From Octopus vulgaris (lineage: Eukaryota), in the NCBI GenBank assembly GCA_951406725.2, contig OX597814.1:138136001-138200000 (forward strand): 64,000 nucleotides of DNA, written 5' to 3'. The notes beneath the pieces were generated by a model, which saw nothing but the letters and a program-made list of their open reading frames with translations, made no database searches and was not told where the DNA came from. Numbering within the stretch: the first letter of the stretch is position 1; every line of letters starts with the position of its first letter. The position numbers and the translations under genes are program-made. Below, in pieces: positions 1 to 11,356 of the stretch.

Positions 1-79
1 GTTAAATGTTGTCTCACACAAACATATGTCTGCCAGCACACCCATACTCTTGCATTCTATAATAATTTTATTTTTACTT

Positions 80-505
80 TCGAATTTTGACACAAGGCCA
101 GCAATTTTGAGGAGAGGGGGAAATTGATTACATTGACCCCCAGTGTGTTAACTTGTACTTATTTTATTGATCCCTAAAGAATGAAAAGCAAAGTGGACCT
201 TGACAGCATCTGAACTCACAACATAAAATGCTGGAGGAAACATCACTAAGCATTTTCTGCCATTGTGCTAATGATTCTGCTAGCTCACCACTTTTACACA
301 TTATGTAATGATAGGTTCAAATTTTGGCACAAGGCCAGCAAGTTCCAGGGAGCGGGTAAGTGTCAGTTTCATCTGGTATTTATTTTATTGGCTCCAAAAA
401 GATTAAAGGCAAAGTTGACCTTGGCAGAATTTGAACTCTGAATGTAAAGACAGATGAAATATCACTGAGTATTTCGCCTGGGATACTAACGATTGTCAAC
501 TCATT
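80..505 (-). mobile_element. Two adjacent degenerate SINE copies (Meta/MESC-like central domain)
   Basis: Reverse complement of the gactttgcctttcatcctttcggggtcgataaaataagtaccag motif, also seen at 21806-22020, 32600-32830, 50020-50230 and 58195-58355. Domain name is from recall. Confidence 0.7.
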
Positions 506-534
506 CCCTTAAACACATGATCATGATGATGATG

Positions 535-885
535 ATCATCATCGTTTAATGTCCGCTTTCCATGCTAGCATGGGTTGGACGAATGACTGAGGGCTGGCGA
601 ACCAGATGGCTGCACCAGGCTCCAATCTTGATCTGGCAGAGTTTCTACAGCTGGATGCCCTTCCTAACGCCAATCACTCCGAGAGTGTAGTGGGTGCTTT
701 TACGCGCCACCAGCATGGGGCCAGTCAGGCGGTACTTTCAACGACCTCGCTCGAATCTTTTACACATGCCACCAGCACAGGTGCCAGTAAGGCGATGCTG
801 GTAACGATCACGCTTGAATGGTGTCTTTTACATGCCACCAGCACAGAGGCCAGATAGCCGCTCTGCTAACGATCATGCTAACGTA
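535..885 (-). mobile_element. RTE-LINE 3'-end fragment with (GAT)n tail
   Basis: Same sequence as the 3' UTR of the RTE copies at ~13300-13695 and ~46660-47030; another copy at 34052-34520. Confidence 0.8.
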
Positions 886-1126
886 ACATAGTTGAATTTG
901 TATCATTTTTAATTTCATTGAAATGGTTTTTAGAATGATGTTTCTGGAACAAAAGAACTTCTGTCTTTTATCAATTGTAAGTTGTTCGACTGTGTCCATT
1001 ATGAGCCACCCATTGAGTGGCTCATATTGATCTCAGTACTCATTGCACATACGGGTACTTATTTTATTAACTCTGTTGAATTACAAAATTGTGACATAAA
1101 CAATATCAGTTTTTAGACACATTTAA

Positions 1127-1334
1127 CCCTTTTGTTACCATATTTCTGTTGAGATGCTCTTTGTTTCTTTCAATTGATTTTGAATATAACAAAGAATTTA
1201 CATAAAATAACTTAGTTATCATTAAGCTAGTGTTAGGAGCATAAATTGCGACTAAGGTTTGGCGAAAGATTTTAATTCAGCGCTTTTGAAAACTAGGCAT
1301 TTGTACTACAAAGCCAGAGCCGGTATCAAAAGGG
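1127..1334. mobile_element. piggyBac-type MITE, family 1
   Basis: TTAA|CCCTTTTGTTACC ... GGTATCAAAAGGG|TTAA: terminal inverted repeats with a TTAA target duplication. Confidence 0.85.
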
Positions 1335-1364
1335 TTAAAAATAAATACAAGCACACTTGCAATA

Positions 1365-1393
1365 AACACACATACACATGCAAATACAGACAA

Positions 1394-1424
<31 letters not shown>

Positions 1425-1478
1425 GACACACACACACACACACACACACAAACAAACACAAACACACACACACACAAC
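1365..1478. repeat. (CA)n microsatellite
   Basis: Directly visible; source of spurious HT/CV ORFs. Confidence 0.95.
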
Positions 1479-1827
1479 ATATTGTGTATTTTCTGGTATA
1501 CAAGTTGGCAGTCTGTAGTGTAAGCATGGAGGGAGTGTAACCATCATCACTATTTTCCTAAATCCTGCTGCATTTCACATGAAATTTTTGATCCTTCAAA
1601 GTCATCTCATTATATTAGTCATCTTGATGTATAAGTCGACCTACCTTTGACAATCTACCGGAATTCATTTTTCTACACCTGGATGCCCTTCCTGTTGCCT
1701 ATGTTCCTTCTAGTTCTTTTAAAGCAAATAATATTATGGCTGTGTGGTTGGACATACTTCCAAAGAAAATTGCTAATGAACAGCACTGCTGCTGTTTTGG
1801 TGGAGGGTGATTGAAGGTGTATTGACT

Positions 1828-2944
1828 GTGAAGGTGGTCTTCCTTCACCATCATGGCCACATCTTTATTTTCCTCTCTTATAGCTTATTGCTTATCCCTC
1901 CCCACATTCTTATTTGGTTGTCGTCTTCAGTTTAAAAACTTCCATGTCAGCAAACCTTATGAGACATCAATCCCAATATGTCACACTAATGTCTATTCTT
2001 CATCAGGATGTCTCTGTCAAGCATTTCCTGTTCATCTTCATACATCCTTTTCATCTCTGTCTCTTCCGCAAGTCTGATTGTTGTGGCAACCATGTACTTA
2101 TACAACCACTCTTAATGACCCATCCAAGTCACTAAAAATAACCCAGATAAATTTTTATAGTTTGTACTTTCTGCTTGTAATCACTGCAAATAAACTGGTT
2201 ATTCAATGTTTATTTAATTAAAGCAAGCTATTTCTGGTATATTTCCTTTTCCTTGGGAAAGTGATACCTATAGGGAAAATCCAACTTACAGCCATTGCAT
2301 ATTGATTGAATATTCTGTTACCATTTGTATTATAATTATCTTAATTGTTGTCATGTCTGATATTACTTTATGATTTATTTTTTTTTAAGAAACAGGAATA
2401 AAGTGAAAATCTCTATGCAATAGCTGAATTAATATACAATGGCTGAAACTTGGGTTTTTTCAGCTTTCTGTCACTTTCCCACAGAAAGGGAAATATACTA
2501 TAAATAGCTTACTTTCATTAAATAAACATGACATATTGCTTCCCTGCAGTGGTTACACAAGCAGAAACTACAAACTATAGTAATTATTATCTGAGTTGTT
2601 TTTAGCGATATAGGTGAATTAGTAAATATGGTTATATAAACAAATGGTTGCCAGCAACCAGACTTGCTAACCAAGTCTTGCAGAAGAGACACAGATGAAG
2701 AAGCTGTATGAAGATGAACAGGAAATGTTTATCAGAGACTTCCTGATGATAAAGAGACATTAGAGTGACATGCTGGTGCTGATTTTTCATAAGGCTTGTT
2801 GAAGAGCTTTCATAGTCTCATGAATGACATGACACAGAAGTTTTTGTTACCTGAGGGATGACAACCAAATGAGATTATGGGGTGTGAATAAGCTTTGAGA
2901 GAGAACATGAAGATGTGCCGGTGATGCTGAGGAAAGACCATCAC
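1828..2944. repeat. Diverged inverted repeat pair (1828-2093 and 2644-2944)
   Basis: Reverse complement of the left arm aligns with the right arm, e.g. gtatgaagatgaacaggaaatg and gacattag.gtgaca. Confidence 0.8.
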
Positions 2945-3437
2945 TATCACTACTACACCCTCAAGAAACAGACATCCCTCAAAAAGAACATCTATTTTAT
3001 CTCTTACTCAGTCCAGATGAAAACATGTATGAAAGTAGCTACTATTTTAATAACCTTATTTCTTCACATACCCTCTACCCCCCCCCCGCCACACACATGC
3101 AAGTACATTGTGCTGGGCTATATGTGCTGGGATGCAGCCAAAGGAAAGTGCAAAGTAATAGCAACTATTATAGTCAAGTCCACCTTATCCATCTTTGCTA
3201 TAGCCATTACATAGTAAGGTTTTATATGATCGCTTAGCCTGCTAGAAATAACACACAGATTTCCTTCAAATCATACTTAACTATTTTTAAACTAGAAGGG
3301 CACACACTAAGTAATATAGTCCTAGATATCTCCAGAGTAAAGCAGAATAATTTTAGTTAGAATACCTTTGATCGTAGGTTTACTCAATCAGGACTGACAT
3401 AGAGCTAAACAAAGGGCAGTTGGATGGATAGACAGAC

Positions 3438-3479
<42 letters not shown>

Positions 3480-4137
3480 GCCAGTGGGGGTACTTTTGCT
3501 ACAGTCGACCTGTTAACTAACTCCTTCATGTCACATCCTACTATCTTAACAAAAGGACACATAGGACAGGATAGCCTTGCCAAAGCTAGATTGCTTCTGA
3601 TCATCAGTTTGTCCCAATCAGAAGCTGACTTGAAGCTAAATACCGGTACCAAGGGAGATAAATAGTAGAGAAGTAGAAAATAGCAGTGTAGAAATATAAT
3701 GTGCCCTCGCTGACCGCACAACGCTCCATTGGGTAACCATTGCATGTTAGAATGTACAGTGTGGTTCTCAGTTTGGTGGAGATAAAGATTTGATATCATA
3801 TATCCGAAACTACAGATCTCTAGATTTACATGTCATAATTCAGCCACTGAATTATGGTTTATCTCATTGGATAAGCTGAACCATGTCAAATGTTTTATCA
3901 TGCTGATTCTGCCTGTGGATTATGTTACCAGTCTGGGATATTTATTGTTGAAAGCAACAGCCATCTACTTATGTTTCATGATCCATTCCATCAAGGCTGA
4001 CTTGGTGGGCTACACAGCAACAGCACCAACTACAATAGCAACCAGTTTTACTTCAGCAGTTTTGTAGTCATCACCGTATCATCTCCATCAATGTGAATAT
4101 TATCAGTGTTGCATATCAAGATTACCATTATTAATGA

Positions 4138-4290
4138 CATCACCACCACCACCACCATCATCATCATCATTGTCATCATCATCATCATCATTGTCATCAT
4201 CATCGTCTTTATTGGCATTATTGTAGTCATCGTTGTCATCAACATCATCATTGTTGTCTTCACCTTTACCATCACCACCAGCACCACCTG
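4138..4290. repeat. (CAT/CAC)n trinucleotide tract
   Basis: Directly visible; explains the poly-D/M/I ORFs. Confidence 0.9.
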
Positions 4291-4699
4291 TAGCCAATGA
4301 GGGAAGAACACAATCACTAAATGTGGCCTTATATATGTGATGTATGAGAAAAATTGGGCTGGATGATCATAAGTGGAACACTTTTAATTTTAGACTGCAC
4401 ATTCATGACCTTCTTGGGGCTAAACAAAAACAAAAACAGTAATGACATCATCATTATGAGTCAGTGAGAAGGCTTAAATGGGATTGCTCAGTCTGTTGAA
4501 TATAATAGCTAAATCTTCCTCACATCATACCTTTCTTAAATTTGGAAAGAACACATTGGATAATGTAGTCTTAGATACACTATGTCTGAGATGGTCACTG
4601 TTGGGTTACTGATGAATTTTATGTTTTATTTTATACACTGGGCAACAAGGGTTCAAATGACCCTTGGTGGGGTCCATATAAGATTTTGTTGATAAAATT

Positions 4700-5095
4700 T
4701 GTGTGACTGTAGGAGAAGAAGTTTGTTTTCCAACCTCATGGTTCCAGGTTCAGTCCCACTGTGTGACACCTTGGGCAAGTGTCTTCTGCTATAGCCTTGG
4801 GCCGACCAAAGCCTTCTGAGTGGATGTCGTGGATGGAAACTGAAAAAAGCCTGTTGTGTATATGTGTGTGTTTGTGTCAGTGTTTGTCCCTCTCCACCAC
4901 TCGACAATTGGTGTCAGTCTATTTACATTCCCATAACTTAGGGGTTTAGCAAAAGAGACTGATAAAATAAGTACTAGGCTTAAGAAATAAGCCTTAGTGT
5001 TTATCTGTTCGACTAAAAAGATTCATCAAGGTGGTGCTCCAGCTTGGCTGCAGTCTAATGACTGAAAGAAGTAAAAGAATAAAAGGAAAAGAGAA
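4700..5095 (+). mobile_element. tRNA-derived SINE (dominant family, internal microsatellite)
   Basis: A/B-box-like head (ggttcagtcccactg), gtgacaccttgggcaagtgtcttc core and atgactgaaa.aagtaaaaga tail shared with many copies. Confidence 0.8.
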
Positions 5096-5134
5096 TAAAT
5101 TGGTTATTCTCATCATCATTCAGTATTTTAAATC

Positions 5135-5600
5135 CAGGTTTTGTCCCTGTTAATGGGGGTGGCTGGGTAAATGCCATAGCAACCGCCCTCATGCCATCTT
5201 ACCACCTTGCCTGGTTTTTGGGCATCCTCCTTTTTCAAACCAACCTTCTCAATCTCCTCCTCCACCTTTTCCTTAGCCTACCTCGCTTTCACACTCCATT
5301 TACCCCAAATGCCATCACCCTCTTGAGAACATGCTCTTCATCTGTCCTCAACGCATGCCCATACCACCTCACTCCATTCACCCTTGCCAACCATTCCACC
5401 GATTCCTCCAACCCCAGCATTCCCATCAAATCCTCAGACCTCCTCTTATCAAATAGCTTCACCCTATACATTTCTCTCACCATTGCTCTCTCAGTCCTTC
5501 TCAAAATTACCATCTCTCTCTCCTTCAGACACCATGTCTCACTCCCATACAACATTGCAGCTCTCACACAACCCTTATGGACCCTTCTGTTCATCTACAA
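5135..5600 (-). mobile_element. RTE-clade LINE ORF2 C-terminal fragment
   Basis: CVRAAMLYGSETW...LRRTERAMVR...RWYGHALR, the RTE post-RT region. Confidence 0.85.
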
Positions 5601-5691
5601 TACACAAAACATTTTATAGACCCTTCCTTTCATTCTACAATATGCAAAACATTTAAAAAAATTTTTTAATAAAAATCTTAATAATATTTAA

Positions 5692-5908
5692 CCCTTTCGT
5701 TACTCTATTTTGAGATGCTCTGTGTTTCTTTCAATTATTTAAAATATAACAAAGAATTTAGTAAAATAACTTAGTTATCACTAAGCTTGTGTTGGGAACA
5801 TAAACTGTGACTAAGGTTTGGTGGACGATTTTAATTCAAAACTTATGAAAACAAGACATTTGTACTATAGAGCCAGAGCCAGTTTTGGCCGGGTTGGTAA
5901 CGAAAGGG
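5692..5908. mobile_element. piggyBac-type MITE, family 1, nested in a probable hAT-like remnant (to ~6020)
   Basis: TTAA|CCCTTTCGTTAC ... GTAACGAAAGGG|TTAA; similar to 1127-1334; downstream ggttgagagcctctg resembles a hAT terminus. Confidence 0.85.
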
Positions 5909-7031
5909 TTAATTCTAAAAATATATCAAGATTTTTAAGCAATAAATGTCTATAGGAGTCCACTTGAGTAAAATAGGTATCAAAAGAGTCCATAGGTAAA
6001 AAAATGGTTGAGAGCCTCTGCTCTAGAGGCTAAGTTAGTGTTACATTCTTGCTCAAGTGTTGAGCGAGTGTTAAGGAAGATTATGTAGCTATGTTATCAA
6101 AATATAATAAATGCGAAAACTAATTTCTGTGTGTCAGTGTGTCATACTTTGACTCCACTCTCTCACTATTCAATAACACTTCTACTATTCCTCATACTGG
6201 GGGGAGAGTAATAGTAGGCATAAAGATGGTGAGGGCAGTGGCAAAGAGAAAGAGAGACAAAGAAATTTAGGGAGAGTTGATGAGGTTTTATTAAAAGTAG
6301 TCGTGTTGATGGTGGCACTGGGAGTAATAAGAGAGAGAGAGAGAAAAAGTGGGTATGTAAGAGAAAGAGAGACTGAACACTGAACTGGCATGCTGAACTA
6401 ACATACTGAACACTGGTAATGGGATGATAGTAATAGTATGAGATGTAGTTGAGATAGAGGCGGAGCCTGCAGTGATGATGGTGATGGTGGTGGTGGTAGC
6501 CAAGATGGTCAGGGATGATGGTGAGAGTAAGTAATGTGAAAGACAAAGGTGATGGTGGTGGAGGAGAAGGTGACAAAGTCAAAGGTACTGATAGTGGTGG
6601 CGTCAGAAGTTTGAATGGTTTATATGGCAGATGTGGTGGCGATGGTGGTAGTTTATCATGAAGCTTTGCAATAAGTTCCAAGTCGACAAATTATATCATT
6701 GTTTTGATGAAAATTGTTCATTGCTTGATTTAATATTGTTCAAGTTTAATAGAATTTAATATGTATTCAATGCATGAAGTGTCATTGTTGGGCCCAAGGC
6801 CTAATGAAGTGTCCACCACAGGAGCCCTATTGGGTAGCTTTTAAGCCAGTGTTTAATAAAGCTAAGAAATAGAGAGAGGGAGCTGGCTGTTGTAGTCTGT
6901 GGCTGGCTCAACAGTGCAGACAGTAGGAGAGGGTCTTTTATCTAGGGGAATGTTATTGCAATAGAGCTATAGCTGGTAAGCTGATTGTGGAAGGGGAAAG
7001 CACAAAAACACACACACACAGACATGCACGT

Positions 7032-7063
<32 letters not shown>

Positions 7064-7588
7064 AGTATGTTTACGATGAGTGTGTAAGTGATATCAGTGA
7101 TATTCTTGTAGGCTGGTAGAGGGAATGGGAGACCTGTAGATGGTAAAATTTGTTGGAGCAGGTGAGAGACCAAGGTTGTCAAATTTGGAAGACGGTTGGG
7201 GTGCAGATGTACCAATTACGGTTTTTATGTGCAGTTTGTTCTGCTGCTGACATGGGCAGAATTGTATGCATGCTGTATATGTAAATTAGTGATAGTAATA
7301 TTTTGCACATTGTGAGAGAGGTTTTTGTGAAAACTTTGCAATTGAAAATTATTTATTTATAATAAAACATACACACACACACACACACAGATGTATATAT
7401 ATATATACTTTATAATTAGGGTTCAGCAAAGATTTGCTTTACCACATACCGAAGTTTAGAAATAGCAGCCAAAAAACCTTAGCTATTTCTTCTACTTTAA
7501 AAAGGGACTCCCAGAAAAACCAAAATACTTGAAAACAATCCACGCAGGCAGAGAGGAAAAATAATGAAAATCAATCTATATCTGGTCA

Positions 7589-7672
7589 CCCATGTACACG
7601 CGTTTCGGAATTAGATCGATATAAAGAATATAGAATTATACTTTACCCAACCATTTTCTTCATCAGCATGGG
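7589..7672 (-). ncRNA. Putative type I hammerhead ribozyme within a ~420-bp (TA)n-flanked insert (7409-7833)
   Basis: Minus strand reads CCCAUG-CUGAUGA-[AGAA...UUCC]-GAAA-CGCGUG-UA-CAUGGG: perfect 6-bp stem I, intact core and GUA triplet. Confidence 0.75.
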
Positions 7673-7830
7673 ACTCCAATAATATTAAATATTAAAAATA
7701 TTAAATTCGAAGATACTGGAAGAATTGAACATATCTCTCCACCTAACGATATCGGACGGACCATATTCAGTGTTAGTACCGCCGAATTCAAAATATGAAC
7801 AAGGTTCATCACCTTCCCCTGCCCATCCGC

Positions 7831-7867
<37 letters not shown>

Positions 7868-9199
7868 CCATATCAAACAGTGAGAATGAGTGCTTAACAC
7901 TGCATTGGTGGATAAATATCATGCCTAGAGAAAATTTCTCAGCAATTATAAAGCTTGCCCCATGGGACATTGGTACTTGTCTCCATCTTGGATGGTAATA
8001 CACATGCACACACACTCACATGCATATATTTATTTTATATGTGTGTGTGTGTGTGTGTATTGAGAAAATAGCTGGGAATAAGAGGAATGAATTTGAAGTA
8101 GTTGGAATCTGTAGAAGAAGGAAACTTTGGAAGATATAGGATAATGTAGAGAAGACTGATCTGGAAACTGAGTCTAATGAAGATGACCGTAATATGAGGC
8201 AACACACAGTGTTAAGAGAGACTTCCTCAACTTGCAAGTATGGTGAAATAGTCATTAAAATGGTGCCAGGAACAGAGGATGTGATGCTTAATTAGATTTC
8301 TCACTCATTATATCTCTACTAGCTGGCCCTGTGCTGTCAAAAGTGATGGCTAATTGTAGTATTTTATATATAAATATGGAAGGTAAATCAAATTAATACA
8401 CTTGTCAATGTTATCTAGTAGTTGTTTTTTGAGATGTGACATTGATCATCGTTTGTTACTGAAAGAACCCTGGTTCACACATACAAACATTCACATACTT
8501 CCCTTGTACATGTACACACATATACTCACAGAGTTGAAACACTGTTTGATTTTTCTTTTCAGCATTGAATGTTTACCATCTCACTTCTCTTGCACTCACA
8601 CACAAACATTCACATACCTTCCTTTTACAAACACATACATATACTCATACAGAGTTGAAATGCTCCCACTACCAGTTTGCCATCACCTATTCCTTCCTTA
8701 TTAATTTATCACACCTTCCTTTCTCATTCATATGTTGTGACAGAGAAAAACACAAGAATATTATAGTAGAAGATGTTTGCTACCCTCTCTTCTATTTCTG
8801 ATTGGCTGTTTGACTATTGAAAAATGATGCTTGATTTGATCTGTTTGTAATTAATCTCTTCATCATCACTCTATCTTTCATAGCTATAACTCTTTCTCCC
8901 CATGTGACCCTTCATTGGCATCTATTACTCTCATTTACCATTGTCCAACCTCTATTGTTATCCATTACTTGTTCTTTCTCTTATCATCATCACCCATCTT
9001 CATTACTATCCCTTGATGCTGGGCATATTAGTTTTTTAGTTCATCTCCTTGCCATCAACTAACATCTAGCTATCACTTTCTTTCTCACATGACTCTCTCC
9101 CTTACCATCTTCTCTCCTCTAACACTCTTCTAACACTGTCTCATTCATACTCATACTCTTTCTTCTTTCACACTCTTAGTCTTCATTCGCTCCTCAATG

Positions 9200-9520
9200 G
9201 CACTCTGTCATTTACAACAACGGGGGTTCCAGTTGGTCTGATCAATGGAACAGCCTTCTTGTAAAATTAACATGCAAGTAGCTGAGCACTCCTCAGATAC
9301 ACGTACCCTTAATATAGTTGTCAGGGAGATTCAGTGTGACATAGAATGTGACAAGGGTAGCCCCTTTGAATTACTGGTACTACTCATATTTGCCAACTGA
9401 GTGAACTAGAACAATGTGAAATAAAGTATCTTTCTGAAGGATACAATGTATTGCTGGGAATTGAACTCATGATCTTACAATTGGGAGCTGAAAATCCTAA
9501 CCACTAAACCACACACCTTT
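9200..9520 (-). mobile_element. tRNA-derived CORE-like SINE
   Basis: Reverse-complement match to the copy at 19325-19640. Confidence 0.7.
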
Positions 9521-10639
9521 ATCTTTCCTTGGTACATCGGCTTCACTATATTTGATAGGGATTGCCTTCTTAATCCTGAATCAGCCAACCATATCTCTTG
9601 CCCCTCTTTAACTATTCCCCTTGTTCCATGGTACAACTTTCCCTTGTTCCATGGTACAAATTTCCTTTTTTTTTTAAATGGTCTAAATTAAAACCTTCTA
9701 TTAAAATTTCCTGTTAATTTATTTTCTGCTATTACATTGGTGTAATAATGACAAAGATATTTTGATAAATTCTTATTTTAAAAATTGAAACAAAGACAAA
9801 ATATATCTACACAAATATGGTGATAAAAGGGTTAACAGAATTTCTCATTGTAGTTTAACAGTGGCTGGGTAACCATACACTCTATAGACTAGGATAGTAT
9901 TTCATTCTTAGTTAAAGATTGAGCAAAAGAGAGAGAAAGTTATGGAGGCTATCTCATAATAGTAAAACAAAGTAATCTATATCTTTATAGCTTATATTTT
10001 TTATCTTTGTATCTCTTCATAGCTAAGCATATGAAGAGATATAGAAAAGGAGCTAGCAGTTGTAGCCTGCAACTGACTCCATGATGCAGGTAAAAAGAGT
10101 GAAGCTGGGGGAGGGGGCATTGTGATAGGGCCATGGCTGTTTATGTGATTATGATGGGGGCAAGCTCACTCACTACAATGAAAGTGAGTGACATGGAGGT
10201 ATTCTGGTAGGCTGGTAGAAGAGGGTAGGAAGCCTAAGGCTGTGAAAGTTGGGAAAGGGGTGAATATCAGCTGTACCAACTGCAACTTTGGCTAGCTGTT
10301 TATCCTGCTGTTGTCATTGACACAATTCATTGACACATGCAGTACACATAAATAATATTAGAGCTATTGTATAGATAATAGTCTTATTTAGCATACCAAG
10401 AAAATGGAATATGTGAACAAGATGTGGACTCTGCAAGCCATATTGCATGTCTGTGCAAGAGAAGGCATCCTGATACCCACATGCTGGCTAAATGTAACAA
10501 ACTTACTGTCAGTCTTCACGACTATAACTGTTCGTGGCTTTGGCCTGACTTGATAAGTTTTCTCCATATTGGTCGGTTCTTCACTTGAGTTTGCTTCTTA
10601 TTTATGATCAGTTCCTTTTCACTTCATTCATATTCCTTT

Positions 10640-11350
10640 CTGTAGTATCTTTGAATCTCAGTCTAGGTCTTCCGTGGTTTCTTTCCCACTAGGGTACTTG
10701 GGAGTAAAGGAATTGTCTGGGGAGTCTGTTGTTGTTAATCCTGTGTACATGACCTAACCAACGTAAATTTCTATCAATGAGGATTTCCATCATAAGAGGC
10801 AGGCCAGCACATTGGAGGATCTCTTCATTCTTGATCTTGCCAAACAGAGTGATATTCATAATCTGTCACAGCTGTCTCATCATATATGCATGTAACTTGT
10901 TTACATGAACTTTATACATTGTTCAGATTTCAGTTTCATACAACAGAGAAGAAAGCACTATAACCTTTACATTTGACCCGTATAAAAAAACATGCCTATT
11001 TTCCTCACAGCCTCTCTTATAGCCAGTCAAAGGAAGCAGTAGCTCTGCTCATTCCGTCTGTGATTTCCTGGTCCAGTTATGCATTATCTGAGATGGTGCT
11101 GCCTAGGTATTTGAATGCTTTGCACTGGACCAGCCCTTCATGTCTTATAGTGATGTTTTCTTCTGTTACAGGGGCAGGCAGGTTCTCCGCAGGCTGGTGG
11201 AAGCATTCAGTTTTTCTGAACTGTGCAGCTCTGGCAAATTTCTCTATCAGTTATTGCATATCTTTAGCACTGTGGGCAACCAGCACACTGCCATCAGCAA
11301 ACAGCATCTCTTGTACTAAAATCTTCATTGTCACTGTCTTTGTGTGTGAG
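10640..11350 (-). mobile_element. Degenerate RTE/BovB-like LINE RT fragment (second family)
   Basis: EMLFADGSVLVAHSAKDMQ (LFADD-like RT motif), then F.YLGS.IS and LRWLGHVHR remnants on the minus strand. Confidence 0.75.
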
Positions 11351-11356
11351 AGAGAA

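Noticed and set aside
3770-3825. gata...tatc-cgaaac hammerhead-like remnant
   Set aside because: The CUGANGA box is absent (ttggtgga) and stems I and III are not supported.
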